Shown here one piece after another: positions 37,601 to 44,718 of a stretch of DNA of 64,000 bases. Below the pieces are notes generated by a model. That model saw only the letters and a program-made list of their open reading frames with translations. It ran no database searches and was not told the DNA's origin. Within the stretch, counting starts at the first letter, position 1. Every line of letters begins with the position of its first letter. The translations under genes were made by a program, and so were the position numbers. Origin of the DNA: an uncultured Candidatus Saccharibacteria bacterium (GTDB lineage: Bacteria > Patescibacteriota > Saccharimonadia > Saccharimonadales > EFPC-124); NCBI GenBank assembly GCA_964586395.1, contig CAZPGP010000001.1, positions 1,865-65,864 of the forward strand, given 5' to 3'.

Positions 37601-39742
37601 GTTCGAAGTTCCGCTCGCAAAGGTCACGCTTGGCGTCTGCCCGCCCGTACTGGTGATCGGGCCAGAGCCGGCGACGCTCAGGACACCACTGTTGCTAATG
37701 GTGACCGTGTTGGTACCGCTGACGCTGATACCGGTACCGCCACCCAGCAGCGAGCCAATATTCTTGTACTCAAGCGCACTACCGGCACCATTCACACCGA
37801 GCAGTTGATGCGCCGTACCAAGCGCGGTAAGGTTAGTGCCGCCATTTGCGATCGGGAGTGTCCCCACAACTTCGGTTGAGAGATCCACAGATGTTCCCAG
37901 CGTCGTCTGCAACGAGCCAGCTGCAACCGTCAGCCCGGTGCCGGTCATGTCAGTGATAACATCACCATTTAGCGTAATGCTCTGCCCAGCGCTTACAACC
38001 AGTCCGGCGCCATACGTCTGCGATGCGGCCCAGGTGTTAGCGTTGGCCGTGTTGAGTCGCAAGCCGCTCGTGCTCTTGCTGAGGCTAGTGCTGTCGAGCT
38101 CGAGACTGAAGGTTGTGCCCGTCAACTCGATACCCTGACCGTCGGCGGTATAGCTAATGCCGCCGCCTAGGCCATCCGCCGCACATGCCCAGCCGGTGCC
38201 ATTGGTATTCTTCAGGATTTGGCCATCGGTACAACTCTGAAGGCCGAGCGTGAATGGATCAAGCGCCGTCCCCGACCCAGACCGGGTAAGACCCTGACCA
38301 GAAGTCGCATTCAAAACCTCGTTTCCAACCACCGTATCGGCAGCTCCCGACAACAGCGCCAGCCCCCAGGTGCTACCGTCCCATTGCCAGAATTGCCCAG
38401 CCGAGGTTCCGTTGGCGAAGGTTAGGTTCGGATTCTGACCGCCCGAACTCGTTACCGGCCCAGAGGCAGTGACGCTGAGCGTACCCGTGTTGTTGAACGT
38501 CGTACCGGCTAGATTCATGCCAGTACCAGCAGTATAGGTAGTGTTGGTGTCGACATCAGGTGAACAGACAAACGAGTTGCCGTTCCACTGCAGCTTGTCG
38601 GTGCCGCCACAGGTCGGGCTGTTGACCGAGAATTGACCAGTGCCGCCGTCAAGGTTCAGGCCATTGCCGGCGCTGTAACTTATGCCACCAGCGTCGGTGC
38701 CACAGGCCCAACCACCGTTGCCATTACTCTTCAGAACCTCGTTCAGAGCGCAAGCTTCCAGGCTGAGCTTCAATGGGTCGACCGCTGTCGCACTTCCGCG
38801 AATAATCAAACCTCCGCCGGTAATAACATCAGTTACCTCGTTACCAACCACCGTATCGCCATCCCCACCGACGCTTTGCGGCAAGCTCGCCAGTTCCCAC
38901 GAATCGCCGTCCCACTGCCAGAATTGGCCATTCGCAGTTCCGTTAGCGAAAGTCACGTTAGGATTTTGCCCGCCCGAGCTCGTCAGTGGGCCCGAGGCTT
39001 GAAGGTCAATAACCCCCGTGTTAGTCAGTTGGCCAGCAACCGAGCTCAGACCTGCGCCCACCGATATGCTTCCGGTTGAGCCACCCAGATCAGTTACTGA
39101 TTTGTCGGCCGTCACCACGTTCACGAATGCGTCCCCATTGAAGTAGCTCAAGATGTTGGTATCTTGGTCGTAGTAGATTTGGCCAGCGACAGCGCTCGTT
39201 GGTTGACCGCTCGGCGCGATGATCAACGAGTTTTTGACCTCAAGTTGACCGTTAATGCTCATCTTGCGCGACCCCTGTATTGTCGGCAGGGCGCCCGAAC
39301 TGATTTCGTTCAGCGGAAGTTGCTGAACATCAAACCCGATAGCCGAGTTAACCGGGTCGATGGCGGCAGTCTGCTGAGCGTTGCGCCACAGCACAAAACC
39401 AGTAATGCCAGCGCCTAAAAGCAATAAAATCACAGCGACAACGATAGCTATCCGACGCGCGGCCGGAGACAGGTGCACACCCTGCCAGCCATCGTCAGGC
39501 TCTTCGTCATTTGGTGGTGTCGACTGCGGCGCTGGAGCTGATGGGGTTGGCGTCGGAACATACAGAGGCTGAGCCGGTGCGGCCGGAGCCGGATACTGCA
39601 GCATTGGCTGTTGACGTTCGGGCGAAAACTGCGCTTGATAACTCGCCGACCTCTGAACTTGAGGTTCAGAAATAGTACCCGGGGACGAGGGCTGCCCAGA
39701 AACACTCTGAAAACCAGTGTTTTGCTGTTCCAAGTTATCCAC
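31700..39742 (-). CDS. giant membrane-anchored tail-fibre-like adhesin (~2,680 aa) with CBM-like domain and C-terminal autoproteolytic chaperone-like domain
   Basis: Pro-rich N-terminus, one TM, G/T/S/N-rich repeats, a CBM4/9-like segment (NASIETNTTGW...WFIDGVQI) and a peptidase-G2/IMC-like segment (FTGSH...GELV...AVGNG..WV...I.PGDFL.SS...GHAM). The start is uncertain (GTG 39742 or 39745; the open frame extends to 39817). Confidence 0.75.
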   Translation of the reverse strand: MDNLEQQNTGFQSVSGQPSSPGTISEPQVQRSASYQAQFSPERQQPMLQYPAPAAPAQPLYVPTPTPSAPAPQSTPPNDEEPDDGWQGVHLSPAARRIAIVVAVILLLLGAGITGFVLWRNAQQTAAIDPVNSAIGFDVQQLPLNEISSGALPTIQGSRKMSINGQLEVKNSLIIAPSGQPTSAVAGQIYYDQDTNILSYFNGDAFVNVVTADKSVTDLGGSTGSISVGAGLSSVAGQLTNTGVIDLQASGPLTSSGGQNPNVTFANGTANGQFWQWDGDSWELASLPQSVGGDGDTVVGNEVTDVITGGGLIIRGSATAVDPLKLSLEACALNEVLKSNGNGGWACGTDAGGISYSAGNGLNLDGGTGQFSVNSPTCGGTDKLQWNGNSFVCSPDVDTNTTYTAGTGMNLAGTTFNNTGTLSVTASGPVTSSGGQNPNLTFANGTSAGQFWQWDGSTWGLALLSGAADTVVGNEVLNATSGQGLTRSGSGTALDPFTLGLQSCTDGQILKNTNGTGWACAADGLGGGISYTADGQGIELTGTTFSLELDSTSLSKSTSGLRLNTANANTWAASQTYGAGLVVSAGQSITLNGDVITDMTGTGLTVAAGSLQTTLGTSVDLSTEVVGTLPIANGGTNLTALGTAHQLLGVNGAGSALEYKNIGSLLGGGTGISVSGTNTVTISNSGVLSVAGSGPITSTGGQTPSVTFASGTSNGQFWQWNGSAWALAFLPAEQDAVIGNEVVGGTGSNSGLTRTGTGTGGNPYTLAVNTGSGLQVTSNAIGVNSPTCAGTDKLQWDGSAFICSADADTDTTYSTISNGGLRLVGTQFGLGVCSAGQILKATSTSGEYACADDTDSNTTYSADGQGIELTGTTFGLELNGASLSKGAAGLALNLANANTWTGAQTFNAGATIGAGQSLTVNGDAFTDLTGTGLTINTGSLQTTLGTSVDLTSEVVGTLPVGNGGTGLNALGTSNQLLGVNSGGTSLEYKNLSSLLSAGTGIGLSGTNTVTVTNNGVLSVAGSGPVTSTGGQTPSLTFANGSTAGQFWQWDGDSWELASLPTEQDAVIGNEVTGGTGSNSGLVRSGAGTAGSPYTLAVNPGNGLQVASNTVGINSPTCSGTDKLQWSGTAFVCAADVDTDTNTTYSALTNGGLRLVGTQFGLGVCTQNQILKATSVSGEWACAADVDTDTNTTYTADGQGIELTGTVFSLELNGATLNKTSSGLSINLGSANTWSARQTMGAGATITTGQTFTINGEAFTDLTGSGLAFNSGVLDTTLGTSVSLTTEVTGTLPVANGGTNLTALGSAGQILNVNGGATALQYSNMASFLTAGPGIGLSGTTNVTVSNSGVLSVAGSGAISSTGGQNPTITFANGSSTGQFWQWNGSAWALSTDIGTNVSCNVGGNFACMGGNTPSGTMTLGTNNAQSLAFETNNTTVATIGTDGATAFKNSTNSTAAFKIQNAIGNDVLNVDTTTPNMITNASIETNTTGWVGLTGNTAGDSTLARDTTQAMFGAASLKITTNADINEGAKYNVTLAPSTQYTLTFNAKVSAGSFSTISLGRADISGTEVSCLTSQQINSSWGRYSCTFTTGATITNSYIYIKQSDATARSWFIDGVQIQTGSTATPYREGAIAITAPVTIGATTPNANSYGLTIRGYGEGGLNSNSLFNIQSADGVDRVIYNEQYGRFAITGGSSFWGSGALEVQGSAADSVAVKLRQVSGQTADILQVASSVGGSPIRYSVGSGDYNDTSGTKMFNVISPNFNPTASSTATFVGLAVNPVVNFAGGGAGNSTALLVNPTYTAAGGGVNRLIDLQNGGTSVMNVSRTGATVHKTTTDSTTGFNIVDSGDSSIFDVDTLNNRVGINNTTPQTALDVTGAIQQTGMWTPDTLGVDANKWTKMGSCTITFQYGLCAAVINVLGGTNGTTSGNTQATISARVKQQDPLASAPLLNLTMNGTAQNITSSDFKMVTTQNNGAGTVVELWVRNTTAFERLYYAPTLNIDTNGQWDWTPETAYTASLPVGTQTAAVYGDVYASNMTIQPATNSLSSMVVKASVGGGGNEILRVDTTNERVAIGVIAGAPSAKLHVSTGTTVGLRVYQSGSSDALQLANATADFLTVSSTGATTLKNTTNSTAAFRILNAGNVEMLSVDTTNSRVMLGKVSSGLTASAKMYIGDFGSGVGNIFIGESEESTDSDVLELHGLAGLRFTVNDAAGDVRMRIEDEGVMILGTGSFGGGGRLHFGDVDQAWVGEYGTGDTDALQLNGRLGIYMSYNDTNRVKLDTAGLTIADNIDTPGKQYRMRTSGSSLDFEAAGAGLYFSAWSGAGFTGTQYIGMILYHDQSRTDFKSTYTYFNPTTSPSGDLVDFNRSNAGTLLGFAQAGTLQGSISINGTTVSYNAFTGSHYTWSNQNLQRGELVRMTGENNSRPGQDESAEPTYGVERTTTANDPAAMGTFLSRMNPELPFDMFDNANLVAAVGNGDMWVVDDGQDIQPGDFLISSDTAGHAMKDEGQFPTSYVIARAAQNVTWSGETQLIGGKKHKKISVLYGSFQKTNLSAFQQGVWSGGLVANDATFNGFVTFNGGIKFNGDATFDGNVAFNKNVTFSSNTAGTVTIPAGQKTATVTFSRQHTEKPVVNVTPEEFVSGSYRVKEVAKDKFLVELSQTQAADVHFNWSALSANAAN
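35560..39020 (-). repeat. modular internal repeats of the fibre gene
   Basis: Five copies of GV.SV..SGP.TS.GGQ.P..TFANG...GQFWQW.G..W.L, three copies of YTADGQGIELTGT.F.LEL and of TLGTSV.L..EV.GTLP..NGGT, and recurrent Cys-pair modules. Confidence 0.85.
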
Positions 39743-39950
39743 CACTCTGTGAAGAAACCTTTTTGTTTCGAACTCTCTCTCAGCAAAAATTATATTCGCT
39801 CTAACTCTGAAGCACAAGGGGTTTGCTATCTGTTAACCTCTCGGTCTGTGTATAACTTCCCTCTATAAAATATGGCGCGACGAATATGCAAAAATAATTT
39901 ATCCCCACGTTGTACATCTTTTCCCCAGTTTTTACACACACTGTGGATGA
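39735..39950. promoter_or_regulatory. cluster of DnaA-box-like 9-mers
   Basis: TTATCCACC 39735, TGTGTATAA 39847, TTATCCCCA 39899, TTTTCCCCA 39919, TTTTACACA 39930 and TGTGGATGA 39942 in an AT-rich region. Confidence 0.55.
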
Positions 39951-40012
39951 ATTTTGTTCGTAAAGATATAGAATTTTCGCGAAATAGTTGCAGGATTGCT
40001 ATAATTGCGATT

Positions 40013-40426
40013 ATGATCGACCGCTTCAAAGAAATTCTGAAAGATTCAGGCAATAGCTATACCGCGCCGCGCCAAGCCGTCTTTGAGCAACTCCTCAAAT
40101 CTGGCCCCACAACCGCAACCGAACTGGCCCGCTCCTGTGCGCCAACGATCGACCGCGCAACGACGTATCGGACCGTCACACTCTTTGAACGACTTGGGGT
40201 AGTTAACCGCATTTGGCATGGCTTCAAGAGTCAAATCGAACTCAGTGAAATCTTCACTCCGCACCACCACCATGCCTCCTGCCAAAACTGCGGTGTGAGC
40301 ATTGATATTGTGGACCCCGAGCTAGAGAAACTCCTCAGCCGCATCGCCCGCGAACGCAACTTCTTGGCGCTAGGACACGTCATTGAGCTGACTGGCTACT
40401 GTCAAAAGTGCCAACTAAAGCAGTAA
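40013..40426 (+). CDS. Fur family transcriptional regulator (Zur/Fur/PerR-like)
   Basis: T.PR.AV, IDRATTYRT..LFE.LG, HHHHASCQNCG, GYC.KC; TGCTATAAT-N7-ATG start. Confidence 0.9.
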   Translation: MIDRFKEILKDSGNSYTAPRQAVFEQLLKSGPTTATELARSCAPTIDRATTYRTVTLFERLGVVNRIWHGFKSQIELSEIFTPHHHHASCQNCGVSIDIVDPELEKLLSRIARERNFLALGHVIELTGYCQKCQLKQ

Positions 40427-40577
40427 TCCCATTGACTTTCACAGCCTTTAGTCGATAATGTACCCTTAGGCAGGTCTTATATATGTGCTGGCGAAAGTTT
40501 TGGTTTCCAAAAACGACCCTAAGTACATTGAGTGGTCGTCCTGTTAGAGAAAGATTTTAAGTAGGTATTTCAAACAC

Positions 40578-40907
40578 GTGAAACTTTATGTTGGAAACTT
40601 GCCCTACAACACAAGTGAAGAGGACCTGAAGGAGCTATTTGGCGCCCACGGTACTGTTACTTCTGTTAGCCTGATTAACGACCGCGAAACCGGTCGCTCA
40701 AAGGGTTTTGGGTTCGTAGAATTTGAGAACGACGAAGAGGCCAAGAAAGCCATCGACGCTCTCCACGGCCAGGACTTCGGCGGCCGCGCATTGGTTGTGA
40801 ATGAAGCTCGTCCAAAGACCGAGCGCCCTGACCGCCCACAAGGCGGCTCTCGTGGCGGCAACGGTAATGGTGGCGGCTTCAACAGCTTCCGTCAGCGCAG
40901 CTGGTAG
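40578..40907 (+). CDS. RRM (RNP-1) RNA-binding protein with Gly-rich tail
   Basis: KLYVGNL, DRETGRSKGFGFVEF, GR.L.VNEARP. Confidence 0.95.
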   Translation: MKLYVGNLPYNTSEEDLKELFGAHGTVTSVSLINDRETGRSKGFGFVEFENDEEAKKAIDALHGQDFGGRALVVNEARPKTERPDRPQGGSRGGNGNGGGFNSFRQRSW

Positions 40908-40919
40908 TCTAGTCAGCAC

Positions 40920-40955
40920 AATAAAAACTACTCGATTCGTCGGGTAGTTTTTATT
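40920..40955 (+). terminator. intrinsic terminator
   Basis: AATAAAAACTACTCGA-TTCG-TCGGGTAGTTTTTATT. Confidence 0.8.
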
Positions 40956-40959
40956 TTGC

Positions 40960-41012
40960 TTGACATTGTATAGTCCACAGGACTAATGTATGACTAGTAT
41001 AACTAATCATAC
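40960..41012 (+). promoter_or_regulatory. promoter with two inverted-repeat operators
   Basis: TTGACA -35; IR1 TAGTCC-aca-GGACTA; IR2 GTATGACTAGT-ata-ACTAATCATAC. Confidence 0.6.
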
Positions 41013-41021
41013 GAGGTATAA

Positions 41022-41279
41022 ATGGGCCCACTTCCTCCTATGCATTCTCTTTCGGTGGCAACAGTTGGCACAAAAGGCCAAATTGTCATCCCTCAGGAGA
41101 TTCGCGAACAAGTTAATATCAAACCTGGCGACAAAATGGTCCTTTTGATGCGCGGCAAAAATGCCGTCGTCATGCTACCAATGGACGGAATTCAGGAACT
41201 CCTTGACCGACTTGACGCCGACTTTAGTCAGCTCCGCACAGTCGTTAGCAAAACAGAAGACAAAAAGGAGAACGCATAA
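41022..41279 (+). CDS. AbrB/MazE/SpoVT family DNA-binding protein
   Basis: TVGTKGQIVIP.EIRE...IKPGD. Confidence 0.88.
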   Translation: MGPLPPMHSLSVATVGTKGQIVIPQEIREQVNIKPGDKMVLLMRGKNAVVMLPMDGIQELLDRLDADFSQLRTVVSKTEDKKENA

Positions 41280-42928
41280 TGCTCCATCACATAAGCAAAC
41301 GTGAGAAGATAATCGTCCTGATAGCTGTCATGTCCGGCCTGTTCCTGGCGGCGCTCGATCAGACCATTGTCGGTACGGCTCTGCCAAAAATCCTGACCGA
41401 GTTCAACGCCCTCGAGAAACTCAGCTGGGTGGTAACCGCCTATTTGCTAGCCTCAACAGTTACCGTGCCAATCGCCGGTAAACTCAGTGACATCTACGGC
41501 CGCCGCAAACTCTTGATGGCTGGTATTGTTGTTTTTGTCGCAAGCTCGATGCTCGCTGGTGTTGCGCAGCACATCGACCAGCTCATTGCCTTCCGTGCCC
41601 TGCAGGGTATCGGTGGTGGTATTCTGTTTGCCAACGCCTTCTCTATTATTGGTGACCTTTTTGTCCCAGCCGAACGCGGTAAATGGATGGGTATATTTGG
41701 TGCGGTCTTTGGACTAAGCTCTGTGGTTGGCCCGCTCCTCGGTGGGTGGCTGACCGATGGTCACAGCTTCTTCGGGCTCACGACCGACTGGCGCTGGACG
41801 TTCTATATTAACGTACCTATCGGCATTATTGCCTTTGGTATGATCGCGCGCTACCTGCCAACCATCGTGGCCAAGGTTAAGCATTCCATCGATTACCTCG
41901 GCGCGTTGCTGCTGACTGGCGGCTTGGGTTCGTTGATCCTGGCAACATCGCTGGGAGGCACAAAGGACTGGGCGTGGGACTCACCACGCATCATCGGTTT
42001 GTTCGTAGCCGCCGTCGCGCTAATCGTCAGCTTCCTGCTGGTTGAGCGTAAGGCAAAAGACCCAATTCTTCCGCTCTCGTTCTTCAAAAATCCTGTCTTT
42101 AGTGTCGCAGCAATCCTGATATTCATCTTCGGTATCGGCATGTTTGGCGCGATCATCTACATCCCGTTATTTGCGCAGGACGTCCTGAACTTTAGTGCCA
42201 CCAACGCCGGCATCATCATGCTGCCAATGGTTATCGGTCTGACGGTCGCCAGTGCAATTTCTGGTCGTGTCGTCAGCTCCATTGGCCGCTACAAAGCAAT
42301 CTTGGTTGCTGGTATGGGTCTGGCCGTTGTTGGTATCTTTACCCTCACAAGTCTCACACCGCAGAGCACTTACTTTGACATGGCCTGGCGCATGATTGTG
42401 ACTGGCCTTGGCTTGGGCGTGGGTATGCCGCTCTTGAACCTCGCCGTCCAGAATTCCTTCCACCAGAAGGACATTGGCACCTCAACTGCTGCAATGCAGA
42501 TGTTCCGCAGCGTCGGTAGTACCGTCGGTGTGGCCATCATGGGCACCTTGCTCAACGGCGCGCTAAGTCAGAAACTAGCCGGCATCCAGGAAGATCCGTT
42601 CGTCAAAATGGCGAGTGCAAGCGGCCAAGGCGACAAGTTCCAAAACATTGACGTCAACTCAGTCCAGGGAATCCTAAGCGAACAGGGCAAACACGCCATC
42701 GAAGCCAGCCTGGCACAGTTGCCCGCGAACGTTCGCGAGACAATGCTCGGCGCTTTCCACGGCTTGGTTTCGACGCTTCAATCAGCGCTCAGTAGCTCAA
42801 TCACTCAGATTTTCCTGCTATCTGCGGGGCTGATGACTATAGCTTTCGTAATCAGTTTCTTCATCAAGGAAATCCCGCTGAAACACCACGCCGGCGATGA
42901 CGAGGCCACGCCTTCGCCTGCCGCCTAA
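41279..42928 (+). CDS. MFS multidrug transporter, DHA2 (EmrB/QacA) family
   Basis: LDQTIV.TALP, GKLSDIYGRR, RALQGIGGG, WRW.FYIN.PIG; overlaps the abrB stop (TAATG). Confidence 0.93.
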   Translation: MLHHISKREKIIVLIAVMSGLFLAALDQTIVGTALPKILTEFNALEKLSWVVTAYLLASTVTVPIAGKLSDIYGRRKLLMAGIVVFVASSMLAGVAQHIDQLIAFRALQGIGGGILFANAFSIIGDLFVPAERGKWMGIFGAVFGLSSVVGPLLGGWLTDGHSFFGLTTDWRWTFYINVPIGIIAFGMIARYLPTIVAKVKHSIDYLGALLLTGGLGSLILATSLGGTKDWAWDSPRIIGLFVAAVALIVSFLLVERKAKDPILPLSFFKNPVFSVAAILIFIFGIGMFGAIIYIPLFAQDVLNFSATNAGIIMLPMVIGLTVASAISGRVVSSIGRYKAILVAGMGLAVVGIFTLTSLTPQSTYFDMAWRMIVTGLGLGVGMPLLNLAVQNSFHQKDIGTSTAAMQMFRSVGSTVGVAIMGTLLNGALSQKLAGIQEDPFVKMASASGQGDKFQNIDVNSVQGILSEQGKHAIEASLAQLPANVRETMLGAFHGLVSTLQSALSSSITQIFLLSAGLMTIAFVISFFIKEIPLKHHAGDDEATPSPAA

Positions 42929-43530
42929 GGTCGCAGAATCGCCAAACTAGTCGCAACTTGCAAGCGCGCCGGATGAGTCACCAACCACTCATCGACGGCG
43001 CGTTTTGCGCCTGGCAAGGCCTCAGACTGGTAGTCGTCAACAACCACAACAGCACCTTCCGCCAGCCGTGGCCACACCAGCTTCAGGCTGTCATGGATTG
43101 AGTTATAAAAGTCGCCGTCTAAGAACGCAAAGGCGATTCGCTCGGGCATATCATCTGGCGTCAGATCGCTAAACCAGGCCTTGTGCATGACCGGTAGCGG
43201 CAAACCCGCCTGCTTGAAGTGTCGAATAAATTCAGATTTCTGCGCGCGCAACTCCCCCACCTTGAACTGTTCGCCGACAGGGCTGGCATCCTGGGCGGTC
43301 TTGGGTGGTAGGCCAGCAAAAGAATCGTAGGCGTGCAAGACCTTGTCGCTCCCATGCTGCTGCAGAAGTCGCCTGAGGAAAAGCGTCGTCGTGCCCACGT
43401 AACAGCCTAATTCTACAACATCTCCGTCGACATTGCTTCTCAGCACGTTCTCAAGAGACGAGAGAATTTTAACAAGTTCTTCGCGGCTCACTTGATCACT
43501 CAAAATCGGGTACTTCCCCAGTAAATCCAT
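42925..43530 (-). CDS. TylF/MycF/NovP-family O-methyltransferase
   Basis: GDVVELGCY.G, YDSFAGLP, AFLDGDFY.S, VVDDY...LPG. Confidence 0.88.
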   Translation of the reverse strand: MDLLGKYPILSDQVSREELVKILSSLENVLRSNVDGDVVELGCYVGTTTLFLRRLLQQHGSDKVLHAYDSFAGLPPKTAQDASPVGEQFKVGELRAQKSEFIRHFKQAGLPLPVMHKAWFSDLTPDDMPERIAFAFLDGDFYNSIHDSLKLVWPRLAEGAVVVVDDYQSEALPGAKRAVDEWLVTHPARLQVATSLAILRP

Positions 43531-43598
43531 ACGCCTATTGTACCTGCTATCAAAATGCAAGGAAAATCCCCACTGAGTAGGCATGCTACTATGGAACT

Positions 43599-44243
43599 AT
43601 GGAACAGCACACGACATTTAAGGAATTTCTCGAACAGTTCCCGGTACGGCGCTTCCAAAAGGGCGAGATGATAATCTGTGAAGGATTAGCGCCTCGTAAG
43701 TGTTACGCCTTGAAATCGGGGTTCGCAAAAGTATTTTTAACTACCAAGAGTGGCGAGGAGAAGGCTGTGAGCTTCATGGCATCACACGATCTATTCCCGC
43801 TTACTTGGATATTTGGCAAAACAGACGTATCGCTTTACTACTACCAGGCATACACTGACTGCGAGATGTTTGAGGTAAATCGAGACGACCTCATCCGTCA
43901 CGCGGAGGACGACCCGGGGATGTTCCGACGCCTCTTCGACTACACGCTAGACCAAAACATCGACCTAATGCAGCACATTCATAGCCTAGAACAGGCTAAA
44001 GCATCTGAGAAGCTGATGTACGCCTTCCACTTCTTAACTCGCCGTTTCGGCAAGAAGATCACCAAGTCACGCACAAAGATGCTTCTGCCGCTCACGCAGC
44101 AGGACCTAGCAAATTTCTTGGGACTTACCCGCGAGACAACCGGTGCGCAGCTAAAGGAACTGCAGCACAAGGGAGTTATCAACTACCAACAGCAGGAATA
44201 CGTGATTCACACTGACCGGCTGCGAGCTTTGATCGAAGATTAA
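43599..44243 (+). CDS. Crp/Fnr family transcriptional regulator
   Basis: cNMP-binding-like N-domain; HTH LTQQDLANFLGLTRETT. Confidence 0.9.
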   Translation: MEQHTTFKEFLEQFPVRRFQKGEMIICEGLAPRKCYALKSGFAKVFLTTKSGEEKAVSFMASHDLFPLTWIFGKTDVSLYYYQAYTDCEMFEVNRDDLIRHAEDDPGMFRRLFDYTLDQNIDLMQHIHSLEQAKASEKLMYAFHFLTRRFGKKITKSRTKMLLPLTQQDLANFLGLTRETTGAQLKELQHKGVINYQQQEYVIHTDRLRALIED

Positions 44244-44330
44244 GCTTGGTTCTCCTTCGCTGATTACGTTTATAGCCCCATGGTATATCCGTTATAGCGA
44301 CCATCACTAGGAAATTTTCCATTTACATAG

Positions 44331-44356
44331 ACAGAGGCCCCTCGGTGGGTCTCTGT
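44331..44356. terminator. hairpin between convergent genes
   Basis: ACAGAGGCCC-ctcggt-GGGTCTCTGT. Confidence 0.55.
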
Positions 44357-44377
44357 TCCTATTTTGGGTCTGATTTC

Positions 44378-44671
44378 CTAGGCAGCGCGAGCGTAACCGA
44401 GTTCAGCAGATTCAGTCGCGAACTCTGCGAGTCGATGCTGTCGGACCTCCCTCAACGAAACGACTTCAGCGCCATGATCGTCCGATTCAACAGATGCGCG
44501 TTCGTGGACCTCACGCGAAGGGTCGCGGACCTCGCTGAGGCCCATGTCGAAGGTAGATAAAACCAAAGCAGTAGCAGCACCACCTAGCGTCTCGATACGC
44601 TGTGGTCGCTGGGCACGCTGCCATTCGAGGTAGCGTTCAAACTCTCGTTGATCTCTGCTCTCTACGCTCAT
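44378..44671 (-). CDS. hypothetical protein
   Basis: ORF starting MSVESRD with GAGG SD. Confidence 0.55.
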   Translation of the reverse strand: MSVESRDQREFERYLEWQRAQRPQRIETLGGAATALVLSTFDMGLSEVRDPSREVHERASVESDDHGAEVVSLREVRQHRLAEFATESAELGYARAA

Positions 44672-44718
44672 TCTGACCTCACGATACGCCCATATTGCCA
44701 AAAGTGCAATAGTATCGT

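Noticed and set aside
31700-39817. Prophage suggested by the tail-fibre-like gene
   Set aside because: No terminase, capsid, portal, integrase or lysis genes; the protein has a cellular TM anchor and housekeeping neighbours.
41022-41279. Type II toxin-antitoxin module
   Set aside because: No adjacent PIN/MazF toxin; the coupled gene is an MFS transporter.
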